Shown: positions 38,743 to 47,876 of the stretch, piece by piece
How the letters are laid out: each line of letters starts with the position of its first letter
Numbering within the stretch: position 1 is the stretch's first letter
Assembly: GCA_045539335.1 (NCBI GenBank)
Contig: JAZQFD010000007.1
Span: 89,853-153,852 of the forward strand
Reading direction: 5' to 3'
Length of the DNA stretch: 64,000 bases
Origin: Eubacteriales bacterium
GTDB lineage: Bacteria; Bacillota; Clostridia; Oscillospirales; QAKW01
Position numbers and translations under genes: made by a program
The notes under the pieces: generated by a model
Databases searched by the model: none
The model's input: the letters and a program-made list of their open reading frames with translations, nothing else
Told to the model about the DNA's origin: nothing

Positions 38743-40254
38743 TTACGGATTTTCATTTAAGATGGATAAAGCGCATTTGATGCCGTCTACCGCTGAGGAC
38801 ATAATCCCTCCGGCATAGCCGGCCCCTTCTCCAATGGGATAGAGGCCTTGAATGGGGCTTTGGAAGGCTTCGTTTCGCAAGATTCGCACCGGCGAGGAAC
38901 TGCGGGTCTCCACTCCGGTCATTACCCCATCAGGCAACTTGAATCCCTTCAGCCGACGATCAAAAACCGGCAGGGCTTCTGCCATGGCGGCGCATACATA
39001 GGAAGGTAAAATCTCATTGAGATCGTAAGGAATCACCCCCGGCTGATAGCTGGGCTCCACCGCCCCGAAGGCTTGGGTGGGACGCTTTTGCAAAAAGTCC
39101 TCCAACCGTTGAGCGGGCGCATGATAGTTCCCGCCCCCTGCCAAAAAGGCGGCCTGCTCCAAGCGGCGCTGGTATGCCACACCGTCTAAGGGGTGCTCCC
39201 CGAAATCCGCCGGCGTGATGCTGACCAAAAGAGCGCTGTTGGCATTTTTGCCGGCTCTGGCATGATAGCTCATGCCGTTGGTCACCACGCCCCCTTCTTC
39301 GCTGGCGGCGGCCATAACCTCCCCGCCGGGACACATGCAGAAGGTATAGACACCCCGTCCGTCGCCGGTATGATAGGACAATTTATAGTCGGCTGCTCCT
39401 AAGTAAGCGGCATCTTCGCCGTATTGAGCGTGATTGATTAATGTTTGGGGATGCTCCAGCCGTACCCCCACCGAAAAGGCCTTGGGCGCCATAGGTACGC
39501 CCGATTGGTGCAGCATGGCAAAGGTATCTCGGGCACTGTGGCCAATGGCAAGGATCAGGTGCTGGGTTTCATAAACGGCTTTTCCTTCCACTCCGCAAAT
39601 GGCACCCTTGGAAATTTGCAAGCGTTTTGCCTGCTCCTCAAAGTGAATCTCGCCACCCAAAGAGAGGATCTCCTCCCGCATGGAGCGGATCACCTTTCTT
39701 AAATAGTCGGTGCCGATATGGGGCTTGGCATCATAGAGGATTTCTTCCGGCGCCCCATGGGCATAAAAGGTTTCCAAAACCGTGCGACAATAGGGACTAT
39801 TGATGCCGCTGTTGAGCTTCCCGTCGGAAAAAGTGCCGGCACCACCCTCTCCGAATTGCACATTGGATTGGGGGTTTAACTGACCGGTCATTTGAAAATG
39901 AGCAATATCCTTTTGCCGCTCCTCCACCGGCTTGCCCCGCTCCAAAAGCAGGGGGCAGGCGCCGGCTCTGGCCAGAATCAGCGCCGCAAAAAGGCCGGCA
40001 GGGCCACTGCCGATGATGATGGGGCGTTGCTTGAAGCGGGCCTTGGGGATGATGAAGGGCTCTTTTTCCAGAAACGCTTCCCCTTGAGCGATGGCCTCCA
40101 CCGTATAGGTATAGCAAACCGGCTGCTTTCGGGCATCAATGGAGCGCCGCAAAAGCCGCCAAGCCGCAGGGGTAAATCCGGCGGCTTTCTTTATTTTCTT
40201 ATGAAGTTGCTCCGGCGAATGGCTCACCGGTAACCGTAAATCCTTGATGATCAT
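38743..40254 (-). CDS. FAD-dependent oxidoreductase (COG2509-like uncharacterised dehydrogenase)
   Basis: Dinucleotide fold IIIGSGPAGLFAALILARAG. 503 aa. Confidence 0.75.
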   Translation of the reverse strand: MIIKDLRLPVSHSPEQLHKKIKKAAGFTPAAWRLLRRSIDARKQPVCYTYTVEAIAQGEAFLEKEPFIIPKARFKQRPIIIGSGPAGLFAALILARAGACPLLLERGKPVEERQKDIAHFQMTGQLNPQSNVQFGEGGAGTFSDGKLNSGINSPYCRTVLETFYAHGAPEEILYDAKPHIGTDYLRKVIRSMREEILSLGGEIHFEEQAKRLQISKGAICGVEGKAVYETQHLILAIGHSARDTFAMLHQSGVPMAPKAFSVGVRLEHPQTLINHAQYGEDAAYLGAADYKLSYHTGDGRGVYTFCMCPGGEVMAAASEEGGVVTNGMSYHARAGKNANSALLVSITPADFGEHPLDGVAYQRRLEQAAFLAGGGNYHAPAQRLEDFLQKRPTQAFGAVEPSYQPGVIPYDLNEILPSYVCAAMAEALPVFDRRLKGFKLPDGVMTGVETRSSSPVRILRNEAFQSPIQGLYPIGEGAGYAGGIMSSAVDGIKCALSILNENP

Positions 40255-40316
40255 TTCTTGTTACCTTATCGATTGATATTTTTATTATAATATGTTATGA
40301 TTTTACAGTCAAGGCT

Positions 40317-40373
40317 CTTGCTATTTTAAAAAATGTGTGATAAAATTAGTCATACTTTTCCTACAAGTATGAC
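40317..40373 (+). promoter_or_regulatory. promoter plus inverted-repeat operator upstream of the AbrB-like gene
   Basis: TTGCTA, a 17-nt spacer, then TGaTAAAAT (40317-40345). This is followed by the perfect 10-bp inverted repeat agtcatactt / aagtatgact (40347-40373). Confidence 0.45.
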
Positions 40374-40397
40374 TTTTCAAAGAATGGAGATCAGCAT

Positions 40398-40631
40398 ATG
40401 GCAAAGGGAAAGCATCTATATGGCCTGCCCAAGGGCAAGCATTTATTCGGTACCGTAAAGGTAGGGGAGAAGGGGCAAATTGTGATCCCCAAGGAAGCCC
40501 GAGATCTTTTCGGTATCAAGCCGGGAGATACCCTTTTGGTTTTGGGGGATGATGCCACCGGTATTGTGGTTTCTCCTCCCGATGTGATGCAAAAGGCGGC
40601 CAATGAAGTATTTAAAAAAATGGAGGATTAA
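40398..40631 (+). CDS. AbrB/MazE/SpoVT family DNA-binding protein
   Basis: 77 aa with looped-hinge helix strings (KVGEKGQIVIPKEARDLFGIKPGDTLLV). Confidence 0.8.
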   Translation: MAKGKHLYGLPKGKHLFGTVKVGEKGQIVIPKEARDLFGIKPGDTLLVLGDDATGIVVSPPDVMQKAANEVFKKMED

Positions 40632-40637
40632 ATCATT

Positions 40638-41594
40638 ATGATGTGGTTCGTTGCAATCATTGCAATGCTTTTCTGGAGCGGGTCAGATATTTTCAGCAAG
40701 ATCGGCTCCAAGCAAACCGATAAGCTGAGCCATTTTAAGGTCAGCATTGCGGTAGGTCTGATCATGGGTGTTCATGCCCTTTATATGGTGTTTGTCAAAG
40801 ACATTCCCTTGACCTTCTCCGATATCATCGCTTATCTGCCTGCATCCCTTTTATATATCGTTTCCATGATTGTGGGATATGTGGGCTTGCGCTATATTGA
40901 ACTTTCCATTTCGTCTCCCATTTGTAATGGCTCCGGCGCTGTAGCGGCTTTGCTTTGTATGGCTGTTTTCGGAATCACCTTTAATCCCGATTCCGATAGC
41001 AATGCGGTTTACCTCAATACTTGGATCATTCTGGGTATCATTTTGGTGGTGGCCGGCATTATCGCTTTGGGCTTTGTTGATAATACCGAGGATAATGAAC
41101 TTCGCTGCTTGCGCCAGGAAAAAGCCAATCGGAAATATGCAAAAAGTATTTGGGCGATTCTTCTTCCGGTGCTGTATTGTATTTTGGATTCTTTGGGAAC
41201 CTTCGTGGATACCCTCATCGCTGCCAATTATGAAGAGCGGCTGGGCGATGAATTGCTGGCAGGGGATATTCTCAACACTGCTTATGAGTTTACTTGGTTC
41301 TTTGTGGCTATTTTATTTGCCATTTATGTCTATGGAATTAAGCGGGAGAAGATCGACGCTAAATACGACGGAACCAAGCTGGTAGGCGGTCTTTGCGAAA
41401 CCATCGGTCAGGTCTTTTATATGATGGTAGTAGTAGATGGCTATGTTCCGGGATTGGTGATCATCTCTGCTTATTGCATGGTTTCCATGATCTGGAGCAG
41501 CCTGTTCCTGAAAGAAAAGCTTTCATGGAAGCATTACCTTTGCATTGCTTCGGTGGCCATCGGTATTGTGATCCTCGGAATCTTTGATGTTTAA
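40638..41594 (+). CDS. DMT/EamA-like multi-pass membrane transporter
   Basis: 318 aa with about 10 hydrophobic segments. The assignment is by topology and general resemblance only. Confidence 0.55.
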   Translation: MMWFVAIIAMLFWSGSDIFSKIGSKQTDKLSHFKVSIAVGLIMGVHALYMVFVKDIPLTFSDIIAYLPASLLYIVSMIVGYVGLRYIELSISSPICNGSGAVAALLCMAVFGITFNPDSDSNAVYLNTWIILGIILVVAGIIALGFVDNTEDNELRCLRQEKANRKYAKSIWAILLPVLYCILDSLGTFVDTLIAANYEERLGDELLAGDILNTAYEFTWFFVAILFAIYVYGIKREKIDAKYDGTKLVGGLCETIGQVFYMMVVVDGYVPGLVIISAYCMVSMIWSSLFLKEKLSWKHYLCIASVAIGIVILGIFDV

Positions 41595-41657
41595 ATTTAA
41601 AAATTGCATTTTTCAAAGAATGGTGTTACAATAAAGAAAAAATCAAGGAGCAGCATC

Positions 41658-42524
41658 ATGATGACATTATCTACAGCAATGACCCTTTTTACCGGCGGAC
41701 CGAAAATGACGACTTTTGAAGCCATTGAAGCGGCAAAGCGTGCCGGTTTTCAATGTCTTGATATGAGCTTTTTTGCCTATTGCAGAAATGATCGAGAAAT
41801 GACCAAAGAAAACTGGCGGGATTGGATCTGTCAAGTGAAGGAATGCGCCGATCAAAATGGCATTCGCTTCCGGCAGACCCATGGAAACTTTGTGCTGGGT
41901 CTTCAATGGGATGATCCTGCCTTCCCCGAAGGAAAGGATCTTTTGGCACTCAATACCCGTTGCGCCGAAGCCTCTAAAATACTGGGCGCCGAGTGGATGG
42001 TGGTGCATCCCATGAACCTGCCTCGCCAGCCTATTTATAACCGTCAGATCAATAAAGACGCCAATCTTGCTTATCTGGCTCCCATTATCGAGAAGGCAAA
42101 AGAGGTAGGGGTGGGACTCGCTATTGAGAATATGGTGGATTTTAGCCGTAATATGCGCCGCTATTGCGGGGGAGATCCCGAGGAATTGTTTGATTTGGTA
42201 GAAACCATCAACGATCCTTCGGTGGGTATTTGTATCGATACCGGTCACGCTTGCCTCACCAGCATTGATGTTCCTCAGTATATCCGTATGGCAGGGGATC
42301 GCCTAAAGGCCCTTCATATCAACGATAATCGCCAAAAGGGCGATGAGCACCTGCTCCCCTTTGATGGGCTGGTGGATTGGAAGGGCGTTGCCGAAGCCCT
42401 TCGTGCCATCGGCTATGACCATGATTATTCCTTTGAGGTGCGCTCCCGTGCTATCCCCAAGGCGGCCCAAGAAAGCTGGTTTAAGTATGTCCATGATCTG
42501 GGCGAAGCCTTGATTCATTTATAA
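41658..42524 (+). CDS. sugar phosphate isomerase/epimerase (xylose isomerase-like TIM barrel)
   Basis: Starts at MMTLSTAM after an AAGGAG RBS. Contains W.VVHP, LAIENM, IDTGHA and LHINDN. Confidence 0.75.
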   Translation: MMTLSTAMTLFTGGPKMTTFEAIEAAKRAGFQCLDMSFFAYCRNDREMTKENWRDWICQVKECADQNGIRFRQTHGNFVLGLQWDDPAFPEGKDLLALNTRCAEASKILGAEWMVVHPMNLPRQPIYNRQINKDANLAYLAPIIEKAKEVGVGLAIENMVDFSRNMRRYCGGDPEELFDLVETINDPSVGICIDTGHACLTSIDVPQYIRMAGDRLKALHINDNRQKGDEHLLPFDGLVDWKGVAEALRAIGYDHDYSFEVRSRAIPKAAQESWFKYVHDLGEALIHL

Positions 42525-42565
42525 AAAAGAGAACCCGACCTCCAAAGAGGTCGGGTCTATTTTTA
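42525..42565. terminator. bidirectional intrinsic terminator
   Basis: Stem acccgacctc / gaggtcgggt followed by a T-run. Confidence 0.8.
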
Positions 42566-43825
42566 TTACTTAAAGCTGGTGTAGTGCTTGCATTCGGGGG
42601 TCACATTGCGGTATTGCATCAGTTCGCTGACCGTCACAAATTGGTACCCTTCTTTGGAAAGTTCCTCCAAGGCCAGTTCCAAGCCCTCCAGGCTGCTCTT
42701 ATAAATCTCGTGCATCAGCACGATCTCGCCGTCGCCGGCTCCCTTGAGGATCTCTTTTTTTACTGCCTGAGCGTCACGGGTCTTCCAGTCTAAGGTGTCC
42801 ACGCTCCATTTGATCATCGGCCCATCGATATACGACATCACCTGCTTGTTGGCATTGCCGTAAGGGGTGCGGATCAAGGTGGGATAAACGCCAATGGCGT
42901 CATAAATCGCCTTGGCGGCATCGTCAATCTCTTTGCGAATGCCGGCGCCGGAAAGGAGATTGAGATTTTTGTGGTTCATGGTATGGCTGGCGATCTCATT
43001 GCCTTGCTCATAAACGTATTTCAGATCGTCGGCAAAGTTCTTCACATTGCTGCCCAACACAAAGAAGGTGGCTCTGGCTCCGTAGCGGGTCAGAAGATCT
43101 GCAAAATCTCGGGAATAGCGCCCGGGGCCGTCGTCAAAGGTCAAGGCGATCATGGGCTTGGTGGGATCCACCATCCCTGCCCGCCGAATGGCAGAAACCG
43201 AAAGGGTCTCCTTGCTGTCCGGCCATTGAAGGGTCAAGGTGTCCTCATAAACCGAAAAGGCGGTTAGATCCTCGGTGGATTTGCCGGTGGCTTTTAGCAT
43301 CAGATTGATCTTGGTCTCGCTGTCTTCTCCCAAAAGGCCATCCAGATCTAAGATGTTGCCATCTGCATCTAAGTAGTATTTTTTCTGTTTGCCATAGGTT
43401 TCACCACCGCCGTCGGTGCCCTGCTCGGTCAGATTGCAGACGGCACAGCGAAACGAAAGCTCCATAAACCCTTCCCATGCCTGATTGGAATAATCTAGCG
43501 TCAGCCGAGGAATCAGGTCGGGCGCTTCTTGCTCCAGCTTGGTGCGATGGGTAGTAAATTCGTTCTTTATCTCTTCAACATATTGCTCGATAACCTGGTT
43601 GGTCTGCTTGTTGCCGGTCTTGGGATAAGCGATGTAAATGCAACTGTTCTTCTCTGCATAAACCTCCTGCTGTTCCTCTCCAAGACTTTTGTCGGCAGAG
43701 AAGTTGTAAGGCTGCTCTTTCATCAGCTTTTTGGCAGGGGAGGCCCCGCCAATCCAAAGGGTCAGCGTCCCGATCACCAGCGCCAGCGCCGCAATCGAAG
43801 CAATACATCCGATCAATCGTTTCAT
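42566..43825 (-). CDS. membrane-anchored polysaccharide deacetylase (NodB domain)
   Basis: N-terminal TM segment. C-terminal NodB strings IALTFDDGPG, ATFFVLG, HTMNH and LMH. Confidence 0.85.
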   Translation of the reverse strand: MKRLIGCIASIAALALVIGTLTLWIGGASPAKKLMKEQPYNFSADKSLGEEQQEVYAEKNSCIYIAYPKTGNKQTNQVIEQYVEEIKNEFTTHRTKLEQEAPDLIPRLTLDYSNQAWEGFMELSFRCAVCNLTEQGTDGGGETYGKQKKYYLDADGNILDLDGLLGEDSETKINLMLKATGKSTEDLTAFSVYEDTLTLQWPDSKETLSVSAIRRAGMVDPTKPMIALTFDDGPGRYSRDFADLLTRYGARATFFVLGSNVKNFADDLKYVYEQGNEIASHTMNHKNLNLLSGAGIRKEIDDAAKAIYDAIGVYPTLIRTPYGNANKQVMSYIDGPMIKWSVDTLDWKTRDAQAVKKEILKGAGDGEIVLMHEIYKSSLEGLELALEELSKEGYQFVTVSELMQYRNVTPECKHYTSFK

Positions 43826-43974
43826 AAAAAATAACCTCTTTTGCTATACTTATATTATTATTATATCGACGATCTCCCTCAGATGCAATGAAAATTTGAG
43901 AATAGGGAGAGATTGGGAATAAAAAGAGCGGGAGAAGGGCTGCCCTTCTCCCGCTCTTTTTATAAATCAATTAA

Positions 43975-44000
43975 CGAGCAGAGCGTTACGCTCTGCTCGG
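43975..44000. repeat. GC-rich palindromic hairpin, copy 1 of a repeated terminator-like element
   Basis: cgagcagagcgttacgctctgctcgg. Near-identical arms recur at 48964-48993. Confidence 0.6.
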
Positions 44001-44005
44001 GGGTG

Positions 44006-44614
44006 TTATTTCTTGAATACTTTTTTGCACCAGGTGCGCTTGCCGCATTCGGGGCATTTCAGGTAACGGGTGAATCCCATATGCATAGCGTTCAATGCCT
44101 GCGTATAGGTGGGCACGATCTCATGACCGCAGTTTTTGCATTTATAAGCACCCACGCTGACCTCCAGCTTTAACGCGTAAAAACAGGGCAATAAAAAGAG
44201 AATGCAGATTCCAATAACGGACACCGCCTGCCAGACTCCTTCCGGCACAAAGAAGTATACGACGGCGCAGCCTCCAAGCAACCCCAGCATACTTACTATC
44301 ATAATGACCCACATGGTGGTCCAGATGGTTTTGTTCTTTTGGGCGATCTCCTTCGCCAGATCGAGCATCAGCTCTTCGTTTTTTTGATGTTTGTTTTCCA
44401 TAGTGATTTTCTCCCCACTTAATAATTCATTGACGTTGATTTGCAGGATCTCACACAATTCCAGCATAATGGACGTGTCGGGCATGGCGATGCCCCGCTC
44501 CCATTTGGATACTGCCTTATCGGTGATTCCCAGCTTGTCTGCCAGTTGCAGTTGGGTGAGCCCCTGCTCTTTTCTGCAAGCGGCAATAAATTTTCCGATT
44601 TTGATTTGATCCAT
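44006..44614 (-). CDS. XRE-family HTH protein with TM segments and C-terminal zinc ribbon
   Basis: Starts at MDQIKIGKFIAACRKEQGLTQLQLADKLGITDKAVSKWERG after a GGAGGA RBS. Two TM segments follow, then CKNCGH...CPECG. Confidence 0.8.
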   Translation of the reverse strand: MDQIKIGKFIAACRKEQGLTQLQLADKLGITDKAVSKWERGIAMPDTSIMLELCEILQINVNELLSGEKITMENKHQKNEELMLDLAKEIAQKNKTIWTTMWVIMIVSMLGLLGGCAVVYFFVPEGVWQAVSVIGICILFLLPCFYALKLEVSVGAYKCKNCGHEIVPTYTQALNAMHMGFTRYLKCPECGKRTWCKKVFKK

Positions 44615-44783
44615 ACGGGTCCTCCTTTCGTTTACAGTATAGCGCTTTGGGGAAAAAATCACACCTACCGTTGGTTTAGTGGGGAAAATAAACCGGCGGT
44701 GGAGCGAAAAGTATTGAATTGATTATATCATACTATTATTCAGTTTTCAATGAATAGAAAAAGCCGAGCGGGGCGTGATCAAT

Positions 44784-44881
44784 GTGGAGATAAGCGGTAA
44801 CTCTGCGCAGCGGATTTTTTCGATTCGCTGACCTTGACCGCCATTCAAGCGCTCTCCCAACCCACGCAAAATTATACCCCC
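44784..44881 (-). pseudogene. degenerate tRNA-Ala(GGC)-like copy
   Basis: It shares three blocks with the intact tRNA-Ala at 49941-50016. These are the 5' acceptor tataccccc, a 20-nt identical block gccattcaagcgctctccca (44840-44859 = 49981-50000), and the 3' end gtggagataagcgg. The D- and T-arms are disrupted by insertions. Confidence 0.6.
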
Positions 44882-45003
44882 GAAAATAGCACCCACCCGT
44901 AGGTAATATCCCTACGGGCGCGGTTTTCTTTTGCTCTTTGGTAGTTGAGCATTTAGGCTTACTATGTTATAATTAAGTTAATTACAGTAAATAAATTGGA
45001 GGA

Positions 45004-45966
45004 ATGGCCATGAGTTCGAAAAAGCAAAAAAGTCTGTATCATTATTGCAGTTTGGATACCTTTTTAAATATTATAAAAAATTCATCGATTTGGTTATCTG
45101 ACATTCAAAAGTCCAATGATAGCAGAGAAATGGCCTGGTTTAGAGAAAAGTATTATGATTTCATATTGGACAAATATAATAATACTGATGATTTGACGGT
45201 AAAGTTAATTTGTGAACTTATTTTATCTATGGCAGTAACTGATGGTTATGAAAAATGTCCTTTGTGGTTACTTCCAGCAACGAAAACTAATAGCGAAGAA
45301 ATCGCCAATACTTTTTTCAGTTTACGTACATATGCTTTTTGCCTTAGTGAATTGCCGGATTCGTTAGGACAATGGAGAGGATATGCGGATAATGGTTGTG
45401 GTGTTGCAATAGGTTTCTCCCGTGAATATTTGGACGCTATTTCGGGGTATAGTTTACGCTGTCCGTCTTTTAATTTTTTAATTGGCAGTATTTCTTATAG
45501 AACTAATTTTTCTTCTTTATTCGAGAAAATGTTTGATATGCATGACAAAAATAAATTTGATGAATTCATTCTCAAATCAATGATAGATTTGACGCGCACA
45601 TCCGCGCTGTTTAAGCATCCGTCTTTTAAGGAGGAAAAGGAATGGAGAATCATTTATTCTATGGATGATTATGGACTCAATAGAGATATATTGACTTTTA
45701 AAGATTTCAGATCTATTAGTTCCGATAAATATAAGAAAAACTTTAGTGATCCAAAAATCGACTATATAGCTAAAGGGGGAAATATAATACCTCACATAGA
45801 AATAAAATTTAATGATCTCCCCAAAGCAATTGAAAGTATAATAATTGGCCCAAAATGCGAAGCAACAGAAAAAGACATACGTCATGTGCTTCTTCGATTT
45901 GGAGTATTGGATTCTTTTGAAGATTCCAAAATCAAAATTGTGCGTTCGGCGTCTTCTTATAGATGA
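45004..45966 (+). CDS. DUF2971-like protein (from memory), function unknown
   Basis: 320 aa. The N-terminus LYHYCSLDTFLNIIKNSSIWLSDIQKSNDSRE resembles the DUF2971 signature. The gene is visibly AT-rich and has its own promoter (TTGAGC, 17 nt, TATAAT) upstream. Confidence 0.6.
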   Translation: MAMSSKKQKSLYHYCSLDTFLNIIKNSSIWLSDIQKSNDSREMAWFREKYYDFILDKYNNTDDLTVKLICELILSMAVTDGYEKCPLWLLPATKTNSEEIANTFFSLRTYAFCLSELPDSLGQWRGYADNGCGVAIGFSREYLDAISGYSLRCPSFNFLIGSISYRTNFSSLFEKMFDMHDKNKFDEFILKSMIDLTRTSALFKHPSFKEEKEWRIIYSMDDYGLNRDILTFKDFRSISSDKYKKNFSDPKIDYIAKGGNIIPHIEIKFNDLPKAIESIIIGPKCEATEKDIRHVLLRFGVLDSFEDSKIKIVRSASSYR

Positions 45967-46051
45967 TTTTGCAAATGTTCCGATTTTAATTTGGCATATT
46001 CGTCAAAATAGACCTCCTTTGCTACAATATAGGCAAAGGAGGTAAAACGAT

Positions 46052-46099
46052 ATGGGAAAATTCATTGAAGCGTTTTATTACGGCAATCTCGATCCGTAG
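46052..46099 (+). pseudogene. 15-codon stub (MGKFIEAFYYGNLDP*), probable truncated gene start
   Basis: A strong AAGGAGG RBS precedes the ATG at 46052, and the frame reaches a premature TAG after 15 codons. The RBS lies in the inverted repeat cctcctttgc (46013-46022) / gcaaaggagg (46033-46042). Confidence 0.3.
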
Positions 46100-46188
46100 G
46101 TGCGCAGCGTCAACTAATATAATGGTAGAAAAACTCATGCAAGTATGGTATAATAACCTCAAATCAAAAGCGCATGGGAGGTCTAACG

Positions 46189-46689
46189 ATGAAAAAGACA
46201 TTAATTGTAGTCGATATGCAAAACGATTTTATTACTATGGCGCTCGGCACCAAAGAGGCGGTGGCTATCGTCCCCAAGGTCAAGGCAAAGATTCAGGAAT
46301 ACGCCCAAAACGGCGACGAGATTATTTTTACAAGAGATACCCACTTGGAAAACTATCTTGATACCACAGAGGGCAAACATCTACCCGTCCCACACTGTAT
46401 CAAGGGCACCAAAGGTTGGGAAATCGCCGACGGTCTTTACGTCGAGGGCGCAAAAATCATTGATAAGCCCAATTTTGGCTGGCCCCATTGGGATGAGGAA
46501 ACTCTTGAATGTGTGGAGTTGATCGGTCTTTGCACCGACATCTGCGTGGTTTCCAATGCTCTCATCATCAAAGCAACCTTCCCCGATGCGCAGGTGAAAG
46601 TCGATTCTGCTTGCTGCGCCGGTGTCACCCCCGAGAGCCACGAGGCTGCCTTAAAAACCATGCAAATGTGTCAGGTGGAAGTGGTATAA
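46189..46689 (+). CDS. isochorismatase-family cysteine hydrolase (nicotinamidase-like)
   Basis: Starts at MKKTLIVVDMQNDF after a GGGAGG RBS. The catalytic Cys context is LIGLCTDICV. Confidence 0.8.
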   Translation: MKKTLIVVDMQNDFITMALGTKEAVAIVPKVKAKIQEYAQNGDEIIFTRDTHLENYLDTTEGKHLPVPHCIKGTKGWEIADGLYVEGAKIIDKPNFGWPHWDEETLECVELIGLCTDICVVSNALIIKATFPDAQVKVDSACCAGVTPESHEAALKTMQMCQVEVV

Positions 46690-47427
46690 ATGATGAAGAA
46701 ATTATACGAAAAAAGCGAACTTTGGTTCGCTCTTGCCTGGATTATCGCCTATTGTGTCCTTGCGTCCGTTGGGGATAATCTGTCAAGCGATATCGGCATT
46801 TTAAAGGCGGTAACGTTGCCCATTTTGATCGCCCTTTCCGTAATCCTTTACCTGTTCGTAAAGAAGAACGGACTTGGGGAAAAATACGGTCTGTGTAAAC
46901 CGCAAATGTCGGCGTCGAAAATGCTGTATTACATTCCGCTGATCATTCTGCTCACCGCAAATTTTTGGTTCGGGTTCAAACTGAACGCATCGCTCCTCGA
47001 AACGGTGTTGTATGTTTTATCGATGCTTTGCGTCGGCTTTTTGGAAGAGATGATATTCCGCGGATTTCTGTTTCAGGCTATGGCGAAAAACGGCGTGAAA
47101 TCGGCAATTATTGTTTCAAGCCTTACCTTTGGTATCGGGCATATTATCAATCTTGTCAACGGCTCAGGTGCAGAACTTTTACCCAATCTTCTGCAGGTCG
47201 TCTATGCCGTTGCCGTCGGCTTTGCGTTTATGATGATCTATTACAAGACAAAAAGTTTGCTCGTATGCATTGCCACCCATAGTTTGTTTAATGCGGCAAG
47301 CGCTTTTGGCGCTGAGGCGGCAACAACGACTCAAACGATCTTTTCCGCCGTCCTGATTGCCTTTATTGCCGCCGCATACGCCGTATACATCGCAGTAATG
47401 GTTAAGGATAAAGAGGGTATACTATGA
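46690..47427 (+). CDS. CPBP family intramembrane glutamic endopeptidase
   Basis: Has the motifs EEMIFRGFLF, FGIGH and HSLFNA, and is multi-pass membrane. Confidence 0.85.
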   Translation: MMKKLYEKSELWFALAWIIAYCVLASVGDNLSSDIGILKAVTLPILIALSVILYLFVKKNGLGEKYGLCKPQMSASKMLYYIPLIILLTANFWFGFKLNASLLETVLYVLSMLCVGFLEEMIFRGFLFQAMAKNGVKSAIIVSSLTFGIGHIINLVNGSGAELLPNLLQVVYAVAVGFAFMMIYYKTKSLLVCIATHSLFNAASAFGAEAATTTQTIFSAVLIAFIAAAYAVYIAVMVKDKEGIL

Positions 47428-47819
47428 GAAAATTCAAAGGATGGTTCATTATGTTGTTGATACCGTTATCTCTGTTTGGCATGACCGCTTGTTCCAATGG
47501 CGGTGCCAATTCCTATGAGCAAATCACCCCCGAACAGGCAAAAACGATGATGGACACAGAAAAGGATTACATCATTATCGATGCCCGCACCGACGAAGAA
47601 TTTGCCGAAGGGCATATTGCGGATGCGATCCTCATCCCCGAGTACGAGATCGCCGATCGTGCCGAAAAGGAATTGCCCGATAAAGATGCGCTGATCCTCG
47701 TCTATTGCCGCAGCGGCAGACGAAGCAAAATCGCCTCCGAAGCGCTGGTGAAACTCGGCTATACCAACGTCAAAGAATTCGGCGGCATCATCGACTGGCC
47801 CTATGAAATTGTGAAATAA
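47424..47819 (+). CDS. rhodanese-domain lipoprotein
   Basis: Lipobox LFGMTAC. Active-site loop CRSGRRS. Confidence 0.85.
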   Translation: MRKFKGWFIMLLIPLSLFGMTACSNGGANSYEQITPEQAKTMMDTEKDYIIIDARTDEEFAEGHIADAILIPEYEIADRAEKELPDKDALILVYCRSGRRSKIASEALVKLGYTNVKEFGGIIDWPYEIVK

Positions 47820-47876
47820 AACGCTTGACTCTCACGTTGCGTCATAGTGTATACTGCTTCTCGTGAGGTGATATAA

